In this document: positions 8,853 through 17,341 of the stretch, piece by piece
How positions within the stretch are numbered: position 1 is the first letter of the stretch
Layout: every line of letters starts with the position of its first letter
Source: a virus
Length of the DNA stretch: 64,000 nt
IMG/VR virus record: IMGVR_UViG_3300027763_000026
Direction: 5' to 3' (one strand)
The notes under the pieces: generated by a model
What the model saw: the letters and a program-made list of their open reading frames with translations, nothing else
What the model was told of the DNA's origin: nothing
Database searches by the model: none
Program-made: the position numbers and the translations under genes

Positions 8853-9978
8853 AGATACATATCATGGCAAAAAAATTGATACAGCTAATATTTTAAATAT
8901 AGAAGATGCCGCTAGATTAATCAACGGAAGGAAAACCTGTATCGTAACTGGAGTCACGGGTCAAGACGGCAGTTTCATGGTTGAATATTTACTTAAAAAT
9001 ACAGATCTTTTAATTTTTGGCGGAGTAAGAAGGCTCAGTGTTTATAATCATGAAAATATTAAACAGATTAAAAGCGATAGATTTCATTTAATTAATTTTG
9101 ATTTAACTGACGCTCATTCAATTAGCAGGACAATAGAAAAATTAAAGCCAGATTATTTCATTAATTTTGCGGCGCAAAGCTTTGTAGCTAGTAGCTGGGA
9201 TTTTGCTCGCCAGACTTGGGAAACAAATTCTACTGCGATATTAGATATATTAGAAGCAATTAGACTCTATAACCCATCTTGCAGATTATATCAAGCAGGC
9301 TCTAGTGAAGAGTTTGGCAATATACTTTATAGTCCTCAAGATGAAAATCATCCACTTAGGCCAAGAAGCCCATATGGAGCCTCAAAATGCGCTTCTAGAC
9401 AACTTATAAAAGTCTATAGAGAGTCGTATAATCTTTACGCAGTTCAAGGATGGTTATTTAATCATGAAGGTACCAGGAGAGGGGAAGAGTTTGTCACAAG
9501 AAAAATTACAAAAAACGTAGCGAGAATTTACCATGCAATTAAGGTCAATCAAGAATTTGAAGCCCTAGAACTAGGAAATATCGAAGCACAAAGAGATTGG
9601 AGTGATGCAGAGGATTTTATAGAGGGTATTTGGATGATGCTGAATCAAGACAAGTATAATAAAAACTATAATGGATCTCCTATAGATTACGTACTTTCTT
9701 CTAACGAAACTCATACGATTAAAGAATTCGTAGAAAAAGCTTTTAATATAGTCGGAATAAAAGGAAACTGGATCGGCGAAGGAGAGCATACGATGTATAT
9801 TTCAGAAGATAAAAAAGTATTAATGCAAATAAATTCTAAATTCTACAGACCTGCAGAAGTAAGCCTTTTGCGTGGTAAATCTGATAAAGCAAGAAGCGAC
9901 CTGGGGTGGAAACCAAATACTTTATTTGATGATTTAATTAAAAAAATGGTTGAATTTGATGTTAATCATACACGGTAG
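8836..9978 (+). CDS. gmd: GDP-mannose 4,6-dehydratase
   Basis: GVTGQDGSF, AAQSFVASSW, YQAGSSEEFG, PRSPYGASK, LFNHEGTRRGEEFVTRKI, RDWSDAED, FYRPAEV. TTG start with a ~30 aa N-terminal extension. Confidence 0.95.
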   Translation: MSQNLKDTYHGKKIDTANILNIEDAARLINGRKTCIVTGVTGQDGSFMVEYLLKNTDLLIFGGVRRLSVYNHENIKQIKSDRFHLINFDLTDAHSISRTIEKLKPDYFINFAAQSFVASSWDFARQTWETNSTAILDILEAIRLYNPSCRLYQAGSSEEFGNILYSPQDENHPLRPRSPYGASKCASRQLIKVYRESYNLYAVQGWLFNHEGTRRGEEFVTRKITKNVARIYHAIKVNQEFEALELGNIEAQRDWSDAEDFIEGIWMMLNQDKYNKNYNGSPIDYVLSSNETHTIKEFVEKAFNIVGIKGNWIGEGEHTMYISEDKKVLMQINSKFYRPAEVSLLRGKSDKARSDLGWKPNTLFDDLIKKMVEFDVNHTR

Positions 9979-10019
9979 GAATTTTGATCTTAAAAGTATT
10001 ATAATCAATTATTTAAAAT

Positions 10020-10835
10020 ATGAAAATAAATAAGGTTTTATTCGTTAGCAATGATAATGAAAACTATATAAGTTTTTGGCCATCTATATCTAAACATTTT
10101 AAAAAATATTTAGGGTTAGATTGTAAATTATTCTTTATTGGTGATTACAATAAAGACAATTCAAAATACTTGACAGAAGATCATGGAGAAATACAATTTT
10201 TTAAACCTCTTAAAGAATATCCTTTAATTATCCAATGTTTATGGGGAAAATTTTGGTTCACTCAAACAGAATTAGATACAAACTGGTTAATAGGTGATAT
10301 AGATTTATATCCATTAAATAAAAAATATTATTTTGACGCTCTAAATAAAATACCACAAGACGGCTACGGGCATTTAAATGCGAACGGTTATAAATTTGGA
10401 AATTGGTACGATGTGCCTAAATTGGGATTGCCTGGTTATTATCATTGCGCAAAAGGATCGAAGTTTAAAGAATTTTTAAATCTCTCGTCTTCTTTTGAAG
10501 AAGACGTAAAATATATTTTTGAATCTAAAAAATATGGAGCAGCATTAAATGGTCTTTATCCAAATAAACAAGCCATACCCGATAGAGTAAAAAGAGCAAT
10601 TCCAGAGCACTATGAATATATTTGTTGCGAAGAAAACTTAAGCACAGAAAGATTAATGGATAAAAAAGATATAATACATTCATTTACATATCCTACAAAT
10701 CTAATTAGATTAGAGTCTTTAATGTTTTATAATAAAATGGATCATGACTTTTATATAGATATACATTGCCCTAGACCATATACAAAATATGGAGCAGATC
10801 TAGAAAAAATCTTAGAAAAATATGAAAACAATTAG
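10020..10835 (+). CDS. Hypothetical GT-A-like protein
   Basis: LIGDIDLYPL DxD motif; cluster context. Confidence 0.55.
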   Translation: MKINKVLFVSNDNENYISFWPSISKHFKKYLGLDCKLFFIGDYNKDNSKYLTEDHGEIQFFKPLKEYPLIIQCLWGKFWFTQTELDTNWLIGDIDLYPLNKKYYFDALNKIPQDGYGHLNANGYKFGNWYDVPKLGLPGYYHCAKGSKFKEFLNLSSSFEEDVKYIFESKKYGAALNGLYPNKQAIPDRVKRAIPEHYEYICCEENLSTERLMDKKDIIHSFTYPTNLIRLESLMFYNKMDHDFYIDIHCPRPYTKYGADLEKILEKYENN

Positions 10836-11625
10836 TCATTGGTGCGGAAGATTTGGTAATAATATACAACAATTAAGCAATGCGATATTATTTTGCGAAC
10901 AAAATAAAATGCATTTTAAAATGCCACACCATGATTTAATTAAAAATATTGATATAAAGTTTGGAGAAAAATTAACGTCTCCGAATCCATTCTTTTTTTA
11001 TAATGAAAGCATTACAAACCAAGGAGGACCTCATTTTCCAATCGACGTAAACTTCCTAAGAAAAGAAAGAAAAAAGATCTGTTTAAAATATATAAAACCA
11101 TTTTTAAATATAAAAGATGACTACCAATTGAATTCTAGTACATTAGTTATACATATAAGAAGTGGCGATATCTTTTCTAGAGAAAATTATTATTGTCCAG
11201 TTGTCTCTAGATATCTACAAGCACCAAAATTTTTTTATGAAAAAATAATTAAACAGTACACTAAAACAATTATAGTTACAGAAATAGATAAAAAAAATCC
11301 AGTTCTGGCAGAATTAGAAAAGTATAAAAACGTTCAAATCATGACTCCTTCATTGGAGCATTCAATAAAAATTATGCTGGGAGCAAAAAATCTAGCGACG
11401 TCAGGAGTATCGAGCTTTCCAATAGCATGTGGCCTACTTTCTTTAAATTTAGAAAAATTTTATAGCACAAATCTTTTTCTTGAAGAAATTATTAATTATA
11501 AAGATTTAGAAAAAACTGGCGCAGAAATATTTTTAGAAATGATAAATCTTGAAAAGTATATAAATTTCAATCAATGGTTAAATACGCCTTCTCAAAGAGA
11601 AATGATGCTAAAATATGAACAATAA
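10822..11625 (+). CDS. Second, divergent GT11-like glycosyltransferase
   Basis: GRFGNNIQQL and VIHIRSGDIF motifs; SGVSSF in the position of NSTFS. Confidence 0.65.
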   Translation: MKTISHWCGRFGNNIQQLSNAILFCEQNKMHFKMPHHDLIKNIDIKFGEKLTSPNPFFFYNESITNQGGPHFPIDVNFLRKERKKICLKYIKPFLNIKDDYQLNSSTLVIHIRSGDIFSRENYYCPVVSRYLQAPKFFYEKIIKQYTKTIIVTEIDKKNPVLAELEKYKNVQIMTPSLEHSIKIMLGAKNLATSGVSSFPIACGLLSLNLEKFYSTNLFLEEIINYKDLEKTGAEIFLEMINLEKYINFNQWLNTPSQREMMLKYEQ

Positions 11626-12397
11626 AATTATTTATTTATTAAGAAATTCTCCTAAAGACTTAATGCTTTTTAAAAAAAGTATAGAATTATTAAAATTAAA
11701 TTTTTTAGAAAATAATAATTACCCAATATATGTATTTAATGAAGACGTAGATGAATTTTTTTTTGAAAGATTAAATTTAGAATTTGCCTTAAAAATAACA
11801 AGTGTAAAAATAAAATTTAAACTTCCAGATTTTTTAAATAATAAATCAGTGCCAGAATTCATATTTGTGCAAGGCGTTCCATTTCCATTTACGTTAGGAT
11901 ATAGACACATGTGCAGATTTTATGCAGGAGAAATGTATAAGCATCAGATTTTACAAGACACAGACTATTATCTAAGATTAGATAATGATTCTTTTTTTAT
12001 CTCAAAAGTTAAATACGATATATTTAATCATATGAAAAATAATAATTTAATATACGGATATAATAAAATTACTACCGATAACCCAATAGTTGTAGAAAAC
12101 TTATGGGAAAGTGCTTTCGAATATAGTTCTAAAATAAAAACTATCAAAAAACCCATTATAGATATAAAACACCCATTAATATATTATACGAATTTTGAAA
12201 TAGCAAAAACTAAATGGTTTTTAGAAAAAGAATATAATGATTTTTACAATTTTATTGATAATCTTGGCGGAATATATCATAAAAGATGGGGAGATGCAGC
12301 GATAAAGTATTTGGGGATAGAAATGCTTTTAGAAGACAAATACAAATATAATTTCAATGATCTAAACTATCGTCACGGAAATATATTTAATTTTTAA
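11615..12397 (+). CDS. GT15-like (Kre2/Mnt1 alpha-1,2-mannosyltransferase family) protein
   Basis: GYRHMCRFYAG, DYYLRLDNDS, YYTNFEIA...WF, GGIYHKRWGDA match recalled GT15 motifs (SYRHMCRF, YYWRVEP, NFEI, RWGDA). Confidence 0.75.
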   Translation: MNNKIIYLLRNSPKDLMLFKKSIELLKLNFLENNNYPIYVFNEDVDEFFFERLNLEFALKITSVKIKFKLPDFLNNKSVPEFIFVQGVPFPFTLGYRHMCRFYAGEMYKHQILQDTDYYLRLDNDSFFISKVKYDIFNHMKNNNLIYGYNKITTDNPIVVENLWESAFEYSSKIKTIKKPIIDIKHPLIYYTNFEIAKTKWFLEKEYNDFYNFIDNLGGIYHKRWGDAAIKYLGIEMLLEDKYKYNFNDLNYRHGNIFNF

Positions 12398-13267
12398 ATG
12401 AATATAGTGCTTTTTAATTTTGGAGAGAATAAACCTTATTTTAAAGATTGCATTTCTCAAGCTAAAAAATATAATCAAAAAATAAATGTATTTTTCATAG
12501 GCAATGACAAAAAATACGTAGAAGAAGCAGAATTTTATGATCTAAAAGATCTAGAAAAATCAGAAAACATTAAAAAATTTAATGATTTAGATTTTTACTC
12601 TAAACATGAAAATCCATTGTGGACAACATCAATGATGAGATTTTTTTATATGGAAGATTTCATAAGAAAATTTAATTTAAAAAATATATTTCATTTTGAT
12701 AATGATGTATTAATATATGGCGATTTTAATAATGTATTAAGCAAAATAAATCTTGAAGAAGAAAATATATTTACGCCTACCAATAATTTTAATTTAACAT
12801 GCGGTTTATTTTATACTAAATCTTATAATTCAATTTTTAAATTAAATTCATTAATTTTAAATAAAATTTCTATCGAAACATCAATGCTAAACCAAAAGTA
12901 TTCGTCATCCCGAAGTCTACCAGAGGAACCCTTCATGGCCAATGAGATGACTATATTGAAAATTATACAAGATGAAAATATGGGGGTTATATCCCTTTTC
13001 CCTACGATGCCCAAAAGCGAAAATTATGAAAGATACAATATATGTTTTGATCCTTCTTCTTGGGGTCAATATATTGGTGGTACGCCAAATACTGGACCAG
13101 GATGGGCAGGGAGTCATCATAGAATAGGAAAAGAAATTTTAAACAATAAATATAAAGCTTATATGGACGCAGATAATAAACCGAAAATTCTTGATTTGAA
13201 ATCTAATAATAGTTACGAATTATTTAATCTTCATATTCATAGCAAAAACTTAAATAAATTTATATAA
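12398..13267 (+). CDS. Hypothetical GT-A-like protein
   Basis: MMRFFYMEDF...FHFDNDVLIY DxD motif; ends HIHSK; cluster context. Confidence 0.55.
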   Translation: MNIVLFNFGENKPYFKDCISQAKKYNQKINVFFIGNDKKYVEEAEFYDLKDLEKSENIKKFNDLDFYSKHENPLWTTSMMRFFYMEDFIRKFNLKNIFHFDNDVLIYGDFNNVLSKINLEEENIFTPTNNFNLTCGLFYTKSYNSIFKLNSLILNKISIETSMLNQKYSSSRSLPEEPFMANEMTILKIIQDENMGVISLFPTMPKSENYERYNICFDPSSWGQYIGGTPNTGPGWAGSHHRIGKEILNNKYKAYMDADNKPKILDLKSNNSYELFNLHIHSKNLNKFI

Positions 13268-13345
13268 AAATATATTTGATATATATCATACAATATACAT
13301 GCATAGCCAAAATATACAAATCATATATCATGAAAAAAAAAAAAC

Positions 13346-14019
13346 ATGAATATACTTTATGTCATATTGAGTTGCCAAAAATTTATTCCTACAAAATGTC
13401 AATGGATCAAAAAAACATGGGTCAAAAATTTAAATCAAAATGATGATTATGTAATTTTGGCTCAAAAGAAGATCTTTTGAATAAAACTGTAGGATACGAC
13501 ACTGGAGACGAATACAAGCATGCTGCCGATAAATATTCTGAATTTTTTAAAAATTACCAACCCGCTGCGGACATAGATTGGTTATTTTTTGTAGACGACG
13601 ATACATACGTGTACACAAGCAGATTAAAGTCTGCACTTAATAGTTACAGCGGAGACGAAGTCATTGGCAGAGAAATATGGGTAGGACCAGAAGTAGCATC
13701 CAGAGGAATTCACAAAGATAATGGTAGGGTTATCTTTCCTGTAAATTGCCCTTCGGGAGGATCAGGCTTTGCAATAAGTAAAAAAGTTTTTTATATCATA
13801 AAAAAATATGTAAACGACGATATTCACTGTAAAGTTCATAACAGTGATGTAACATTTGGTTTTTGGTCCAGAGAAAATAATATACCTATAATAAATAGAC
13901 CCGACCTTTTTAAGTCACAAAATCCAGATCATCCAGAAAATATAAACGTAAAAACCCCTGTAACTTGGCATTATTGCGAAGAAAAACATTTTATCGAAAG
14001 TTTTTTAAATGATTTATGA
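13346..14019 (+). pseudogene. GT31-like (Fringe/C1GalT galactosyltransferase family) gene interrupted by a 1-nt frameshift
   Basis: ATG 13346 reads MNILYVILSCQK...KKTWVKNLNQNDDYVIL and stops at 13478-13480. The -1 frame is open from 13447 and reads GSKEDLLNK...DWLFFVDDDTYV...SGGSGFAISK...SDVTFGFW...TWHY (GT31 motifs). Could be a sequencing error. Confidence 0.65.
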
Positions 14020-15106
14020 TTTTTTAATAGTAGGCGCTGGTCTTTTCGGCTCTACCTTTGCCCAAAAAGCAAAAGAATCTGGTAAAAAATGTTTGATGAT
14101 AGACTCAAGAAATCATATCGGTGGAAATGTTTATACAGAAAATAAAGAAGGAATAAATATACATAAATATGGTCCACATATATTTCATACCAATAATGAC
14201 GAAATATGGAATTATATAAATAAATTCGCAAGGTTCAACCATTTCGTTTGTAGACCTAAAGTTAATTTTAAAAATAAAATATTTTCTTTTCCTATAAATC
14301 TTTTTACCTTGTATCAACTTTGGGGAGTTAATACGCCAGAGTTAGCTAAAAGCAAGCTAGAAGAAGTTAAAGTTAAAATTCAAGAACCGAACAATCTAGA
14401 AGAATGGATTCTATCACAAGTCGGCGAAGAAATATATCATACTTTTATATATGGATATACAAAAAAACAATGGGGAAGAGAACCAAAAGAACTTCCTTCT
14501 TTTATTATAAAAAGATTACCAATAAGATTAAATTTTGATGATAATTATTTCTTCGATAAATATCAAGGAGTTCCTATAGATGGATATACAAAATTAATAG
14601 AAAATATGACAGAAGGAATAGATATCATATTAAATGAAAACTACTTTGATAGAAGAGATTATTGGAATAAAAAAGCTAAATCTATAGTTTATACTGGCAA
14701 AATAGATGAGTTTTTTGATTATAAATATGGTGAACTAGAATACAGAAGTCTAAGATTTGAAACAGAAAAACATTTAATAAAAGATTATCAAGGAAACGCT
14801 ATAATCAATTATACAGATTATAATATTCCATATACAAGAATAGTAGAACATAAACACTTTGAATTTGGAAATCAAGATTATACTTACATAACTAAAGAGT
14901 ATCCCGACTCTTGGAATAAAAATAAAGTTCCATATTATCCAATTAATAATGAACAAAATAACTATAAGTATAATAAATATAAAGACTTGAACGAAAAAAC
15001 AAATACTATATTTGGAGGAAGATTAGCCGAATACAAATACTACGATATGCATCAAATAATAGGATCTGCTTTACAAAAAATAAAAAAGATTGACAATAGT
15101 ATATAA
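14009..15106 (+). CDS. glf: UDP-galactopyranose mutase
   Basis: IVGAGLFG, RNHIGGNVY, HKYGPHIFHT, GYTKKQWG, LEYRSL, YTRIVEHKHF, PYYP, GRLAEYKYYDMHQII. Confidence 0.97.
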   Translation: MIYDFLIVGAGLFGSTFAQKAKESGKKCLMIDSRNHIGGNVYTENKEGINIHKYGPHIFHTNNDEIWNYINKFARFNHFVCRPKVNFKNKIFSFPINLFTLYQLWGVNTPELAKSKLEEVKVKIQEPNNLEEWILSQVGEEIYHTFIYGYTKKQWGREPKELPSFIIKRLPIRLNFDDNYFFDKYQGVPIDGYTKLIENMTEGIDIILNENYFDRRDYWNKKAKSIVYTGKIDEFFDYKYGELEYRSLRFETEKHLIKDYQGNAIINYTDYNIPYTRIVEHKHFEFGNQDYTYITKEYPDSWNKNKVPYYPINNEQNNYKYNKYKDLNEKTNTIFGGRLAEYKYYDMHQIIGSALQKIKKIDNSI

Positions 15107-15119
15107 TGCGTGTTAAATC
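15090..15119 (+). promoter_or_regulatory. Sigma70-like promoter (weak -10)
   Basis: TTGACA-18nt-TAAATC with TG upstream; GTG start 6 nt further on. Confidence 0.45.
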
Positions 15120-15125
15120 TAATAC

Positions 15126-15464
15126 GTGAGTAATCATAAACTTTGCCAATTTATAGTTAAAAAATATGTAAAAGGTACTATCAATTGGCCAAGGGAAATC
15201 AAAATTGCTCAAAGATTAATTAAAAAATTCAAATCTTTTGATTTTTGGGATAACTTACAAGAGCTAGGCTCACCTCCTCCTTCATTAGCTTGGTTCTTAA
15301 AATCAGAGGGCAAGGCTTTCTTACTAAAGGAATATGAATCTTTTAATATGAATTTAAATAAAAAAGAAATACCCCTTAGTCAAAATAGAACGGGAGAAGA
15401 TAAAAAAGTTTGCCAAAAACCTAAAACCCTGTTAGAATTTATAAGATATGGGAAGAAAACCTAA
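15126..15464 (+). CDS. Hypothetical protein, first gene of the replication block
   Basis: ORF (GTG) directly after a promoter, overlapping recA by 17 nt. Confidence 0.65.
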   Translation: MSNHKLCQFIVKKYVKGTINWPREIKIAQRLIKKFKSFDFWDNLQELGSPPPSLAWFLKSEGKAFLLKEYESFNMNLNKKEIPLSQNRTGEDKKVCQKPKTLLEFIRYGKKT

Positions 15465-16593
15465 AGAACAAGATCCAGTACAAGATACTGGGCCGAGCGC
15501 AAAAGACAGATTGTCTTCATTTTTAAAAGAAAATAAAGAAGACCATTATAATTATGAAGAAGAGGTTTATTACAAAGTCTCTACGGGAAGTCTGAATTTG
15601 GATATTGCGACGAGTGGAGGTTTATGTCCAGGATTACATAGATTTATTGGAATGAATGAAGGCGGTAAAACCTCAGAAGCACTAGAGGTAATGAAGAACT
15701 TCCTTAAAACCGTAAAAGATTCTAAAGCCCTACTATTTAAAGCTGAAGGAAGATTAAGTAAAGAAATTAAAGAAAGGTCGGGAATAAAGTTCGTAACTTC
15801 TGCTGAAGAATGGGAAGACGGAACATGCTTCGTTTTTGAATGTAATATTTTTGAAACAGTTTCTGAACTTATGAAAGACCTCATTCAAAATAATGATGAA
15901 GGCAAAAGATATATGTTCGTGTTGGACTCGGTTGACGGCTTAATGACTAAAGGGGATAGCCTTAAGAGTATGACAGAAGCAACAAAAGTCGCAGGAGGCG
16001 CGGTAATATCTTCCATGCTTATGAAAAAAATATCTTTAGCCCTTTCTAAGCGCGGACACATGGCCATATTTATTAGTCAGGTTCGTTCGGATATTAAACT
16101 CGATCCATATGCAGCTAATAAAGATATCCGCCAAACGACCGCAACTGGCGGAAACGCTCTTTTACATTTTGCTAACTGGATACTTGAATTTGAACCAAAA
16201 TTTGGAAAAGACCTTATATTAGAAAAACCAAACGAAAGATACGATCAAGTCAAGAATAAAATCATTGGTCATAATGTTAAAATCATCATTAAAAAATCCA
16301 CTAATGAAACTACAAATTCAAAAGTCCAATACCCGATTAAGTATGGCAGAAAAGATGGTTCTTCAGTATGGAGAGAATATGAGGTTATCGACCAAATTCT
16401 TTCTTGGGAGTTCGCATCTGCCAAAGGTGCATGGGTTACTTTTACAGATGAGATTATAGAAGAGCTTAAAAAAGAAAATTTAGAATTAAAAAAACAACAC
16501 CAAGGAGTAGACAATCTTAGGTCTTATCTAGAAGACAACAAGGCGGTTGTAGATTTCTTTTATAGTAAATTTATTAATACTTTAGCTTTATGA
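15448..16593 (+). CDS. recA: RecA/UvsX-like recombinase
   Basis: VSTGSLNLDIA..GGL, Walker A GMNEGGKT, Walker B FVLDSV, IFISQVR, TGGNALLHFA. Confidence 0.9.
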   Translation: MGRKPKEQDPVQDTGPSAKDRLSSFLKENKEDHYNYEEEVYYKVSTGSLNLDIATSGGLCPGLHRFIGMNEGGKTSEALEVMKNFLKTVKDSKALLFKAEGRLSKEIKERSGIKFVTSAEEWEDGTCFVFECNIFETVSELMKDLIQNNDEGKRYMFVLDSVDGLMTKGDSLKSMTEATKVAGGAVISSMLMKKISLALSKRGHMAIFISQVRSDIKLDPYAANKDIRQTTATGGNALLHFANWILEFEPKFGKDLILEKPNERYDQVKNKIIGHNVKIIIKKSTNETTNSKVQYPIKYGRKDGSSVWREYEVIDQILSWEFASAKGAWVTFTDEIIEELKKENLELKKQHQGVDNLRSYLEDNKAVVDFFYSKFINTLAL

Positions 16594-17009
16594 GGCTTTT
16601 AAATGTTAGCGGAAAGCTCGTTAACAAAAATGTCAGAAGATACCTAGTTAATTGGGAAGCGAAAAGTAGAAGCAAACTTCAATATAAGTTTAAAGAGTTT
16701 TTTTATCCTTATTGGAAAAATCATATAGTCTATGAGGAGTTCCCAGTTTATGGAAGCATGCTTAAAGTCGACTTATTAAATGCAACAAAAAAGATAGCCG
16801 TAGAGATACAAGGAGATCAACACGAATCCTTTAATAAATTTTTTCATGATAATTCAAGATTAAAATACCTTCAGAGCATTAAAAGAGATGTTAAAAAGGA
16901 GAAATGGATCGAATTAAATCAATTTAAATTCCTAGAACTCTACGAGAGCGACCTTAAAAATCTATCACCACAATATATAGAAGAAAAGTGCGGAGTACTC
17001 ATTATTTAA
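16590..17009 (+). CDS. PD-(D/E)xK endonuclease (DUF559/Vsr-like)
   Basis: EEFPV...KVDLLNATKKIAVEIQGDQH...RDVKK pattern. Confidence 0.7.
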   Translation: MRLLNVSGKLVNKNVRRYLVNWEAKSRSKLQYKFKEFFYPYWKNHIVYEEFPVYGSMLKVDLLNATKKIAVEIQGDQHESFNKFFHDNSRLKYLQSIKRDVKKEKWIELNQFKFLELYESDLKNLSPQYIEEKCGVLII

Positions 17010-17015
17010 GTGTAA
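17009..17015 (+). promoter_or_regulatory. AGTGTAA motif
   Basis: 9 nt upstream of GTG 17025. Confidence 0.45.
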
Positions 17016-17024
17016 AACTTTATA

Positions 17025-17300
17025 GTGACTAACAAGAAAAAATTTAATTTTCCAGAGTCTTTGTTAAAACAGATTGACGAGTGCAGTTATGGCGGATATA
17101 TTCTGTTTAATTTCTCCGCCAAAGGAGAACCTCAAGTATACACAAAATTCGATAATCAAATAAATGCTATGGCCCTTTTATATTATTTAAATACATGGGG
17201 GCAAAGTGTTGATCAATTAAATTTCGAAGCCACCACGGATTTAATAAGCAGAAATAATGAAAAAGAAGACGAACAAGACGAGAATGATGAGGATAGTTAA
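17025..17300 (+). CDS. Small acidic-tailed hypothetical protein
   Basis: ORF between the endonuclease and dnaB; C-terminus EKEDEQDENDEDS. Confidence 0.7.
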   Translation: MTNKKKFNFPESLLKQIDECSYGGYILFNFSAKGEPQVYTKFDNQINAMALLYYLNTWGQSVDQLNFEATTDLISRNNEKEDEQDENDEDS

Positions 17301-17303
17301 AAC

Positions 17304-17332
17304 TTGACTTTTAATTTTTAGTTTGGTATCAT
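17304..17332 (+). promoter_or_regulatory. Sigma70-like promoter
   Basis: TTGACT-17nt-TATCAT with TGn extension; ATG at 17342. Confidence 0.75.
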
Positions 17333-17341
17333 GTATATTGA

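Noticed and set aside
9984-10012. Promoter upstream of ORF 10020
   Set aside because: TTGATC and TATAAT are only 10 nt apart; spacing is incompatible with a sigma70 promoter.
1-15106. Giant (NCLDV) virus or bacterial chromosome origin suggested by the eukaryote-like GTs
   Set aside because: DnaE/DnaB/DnaG, sigma70 promoters, tape measure, tail tube and neck genes with phage-like packing indicate a tailed bacteriophage.
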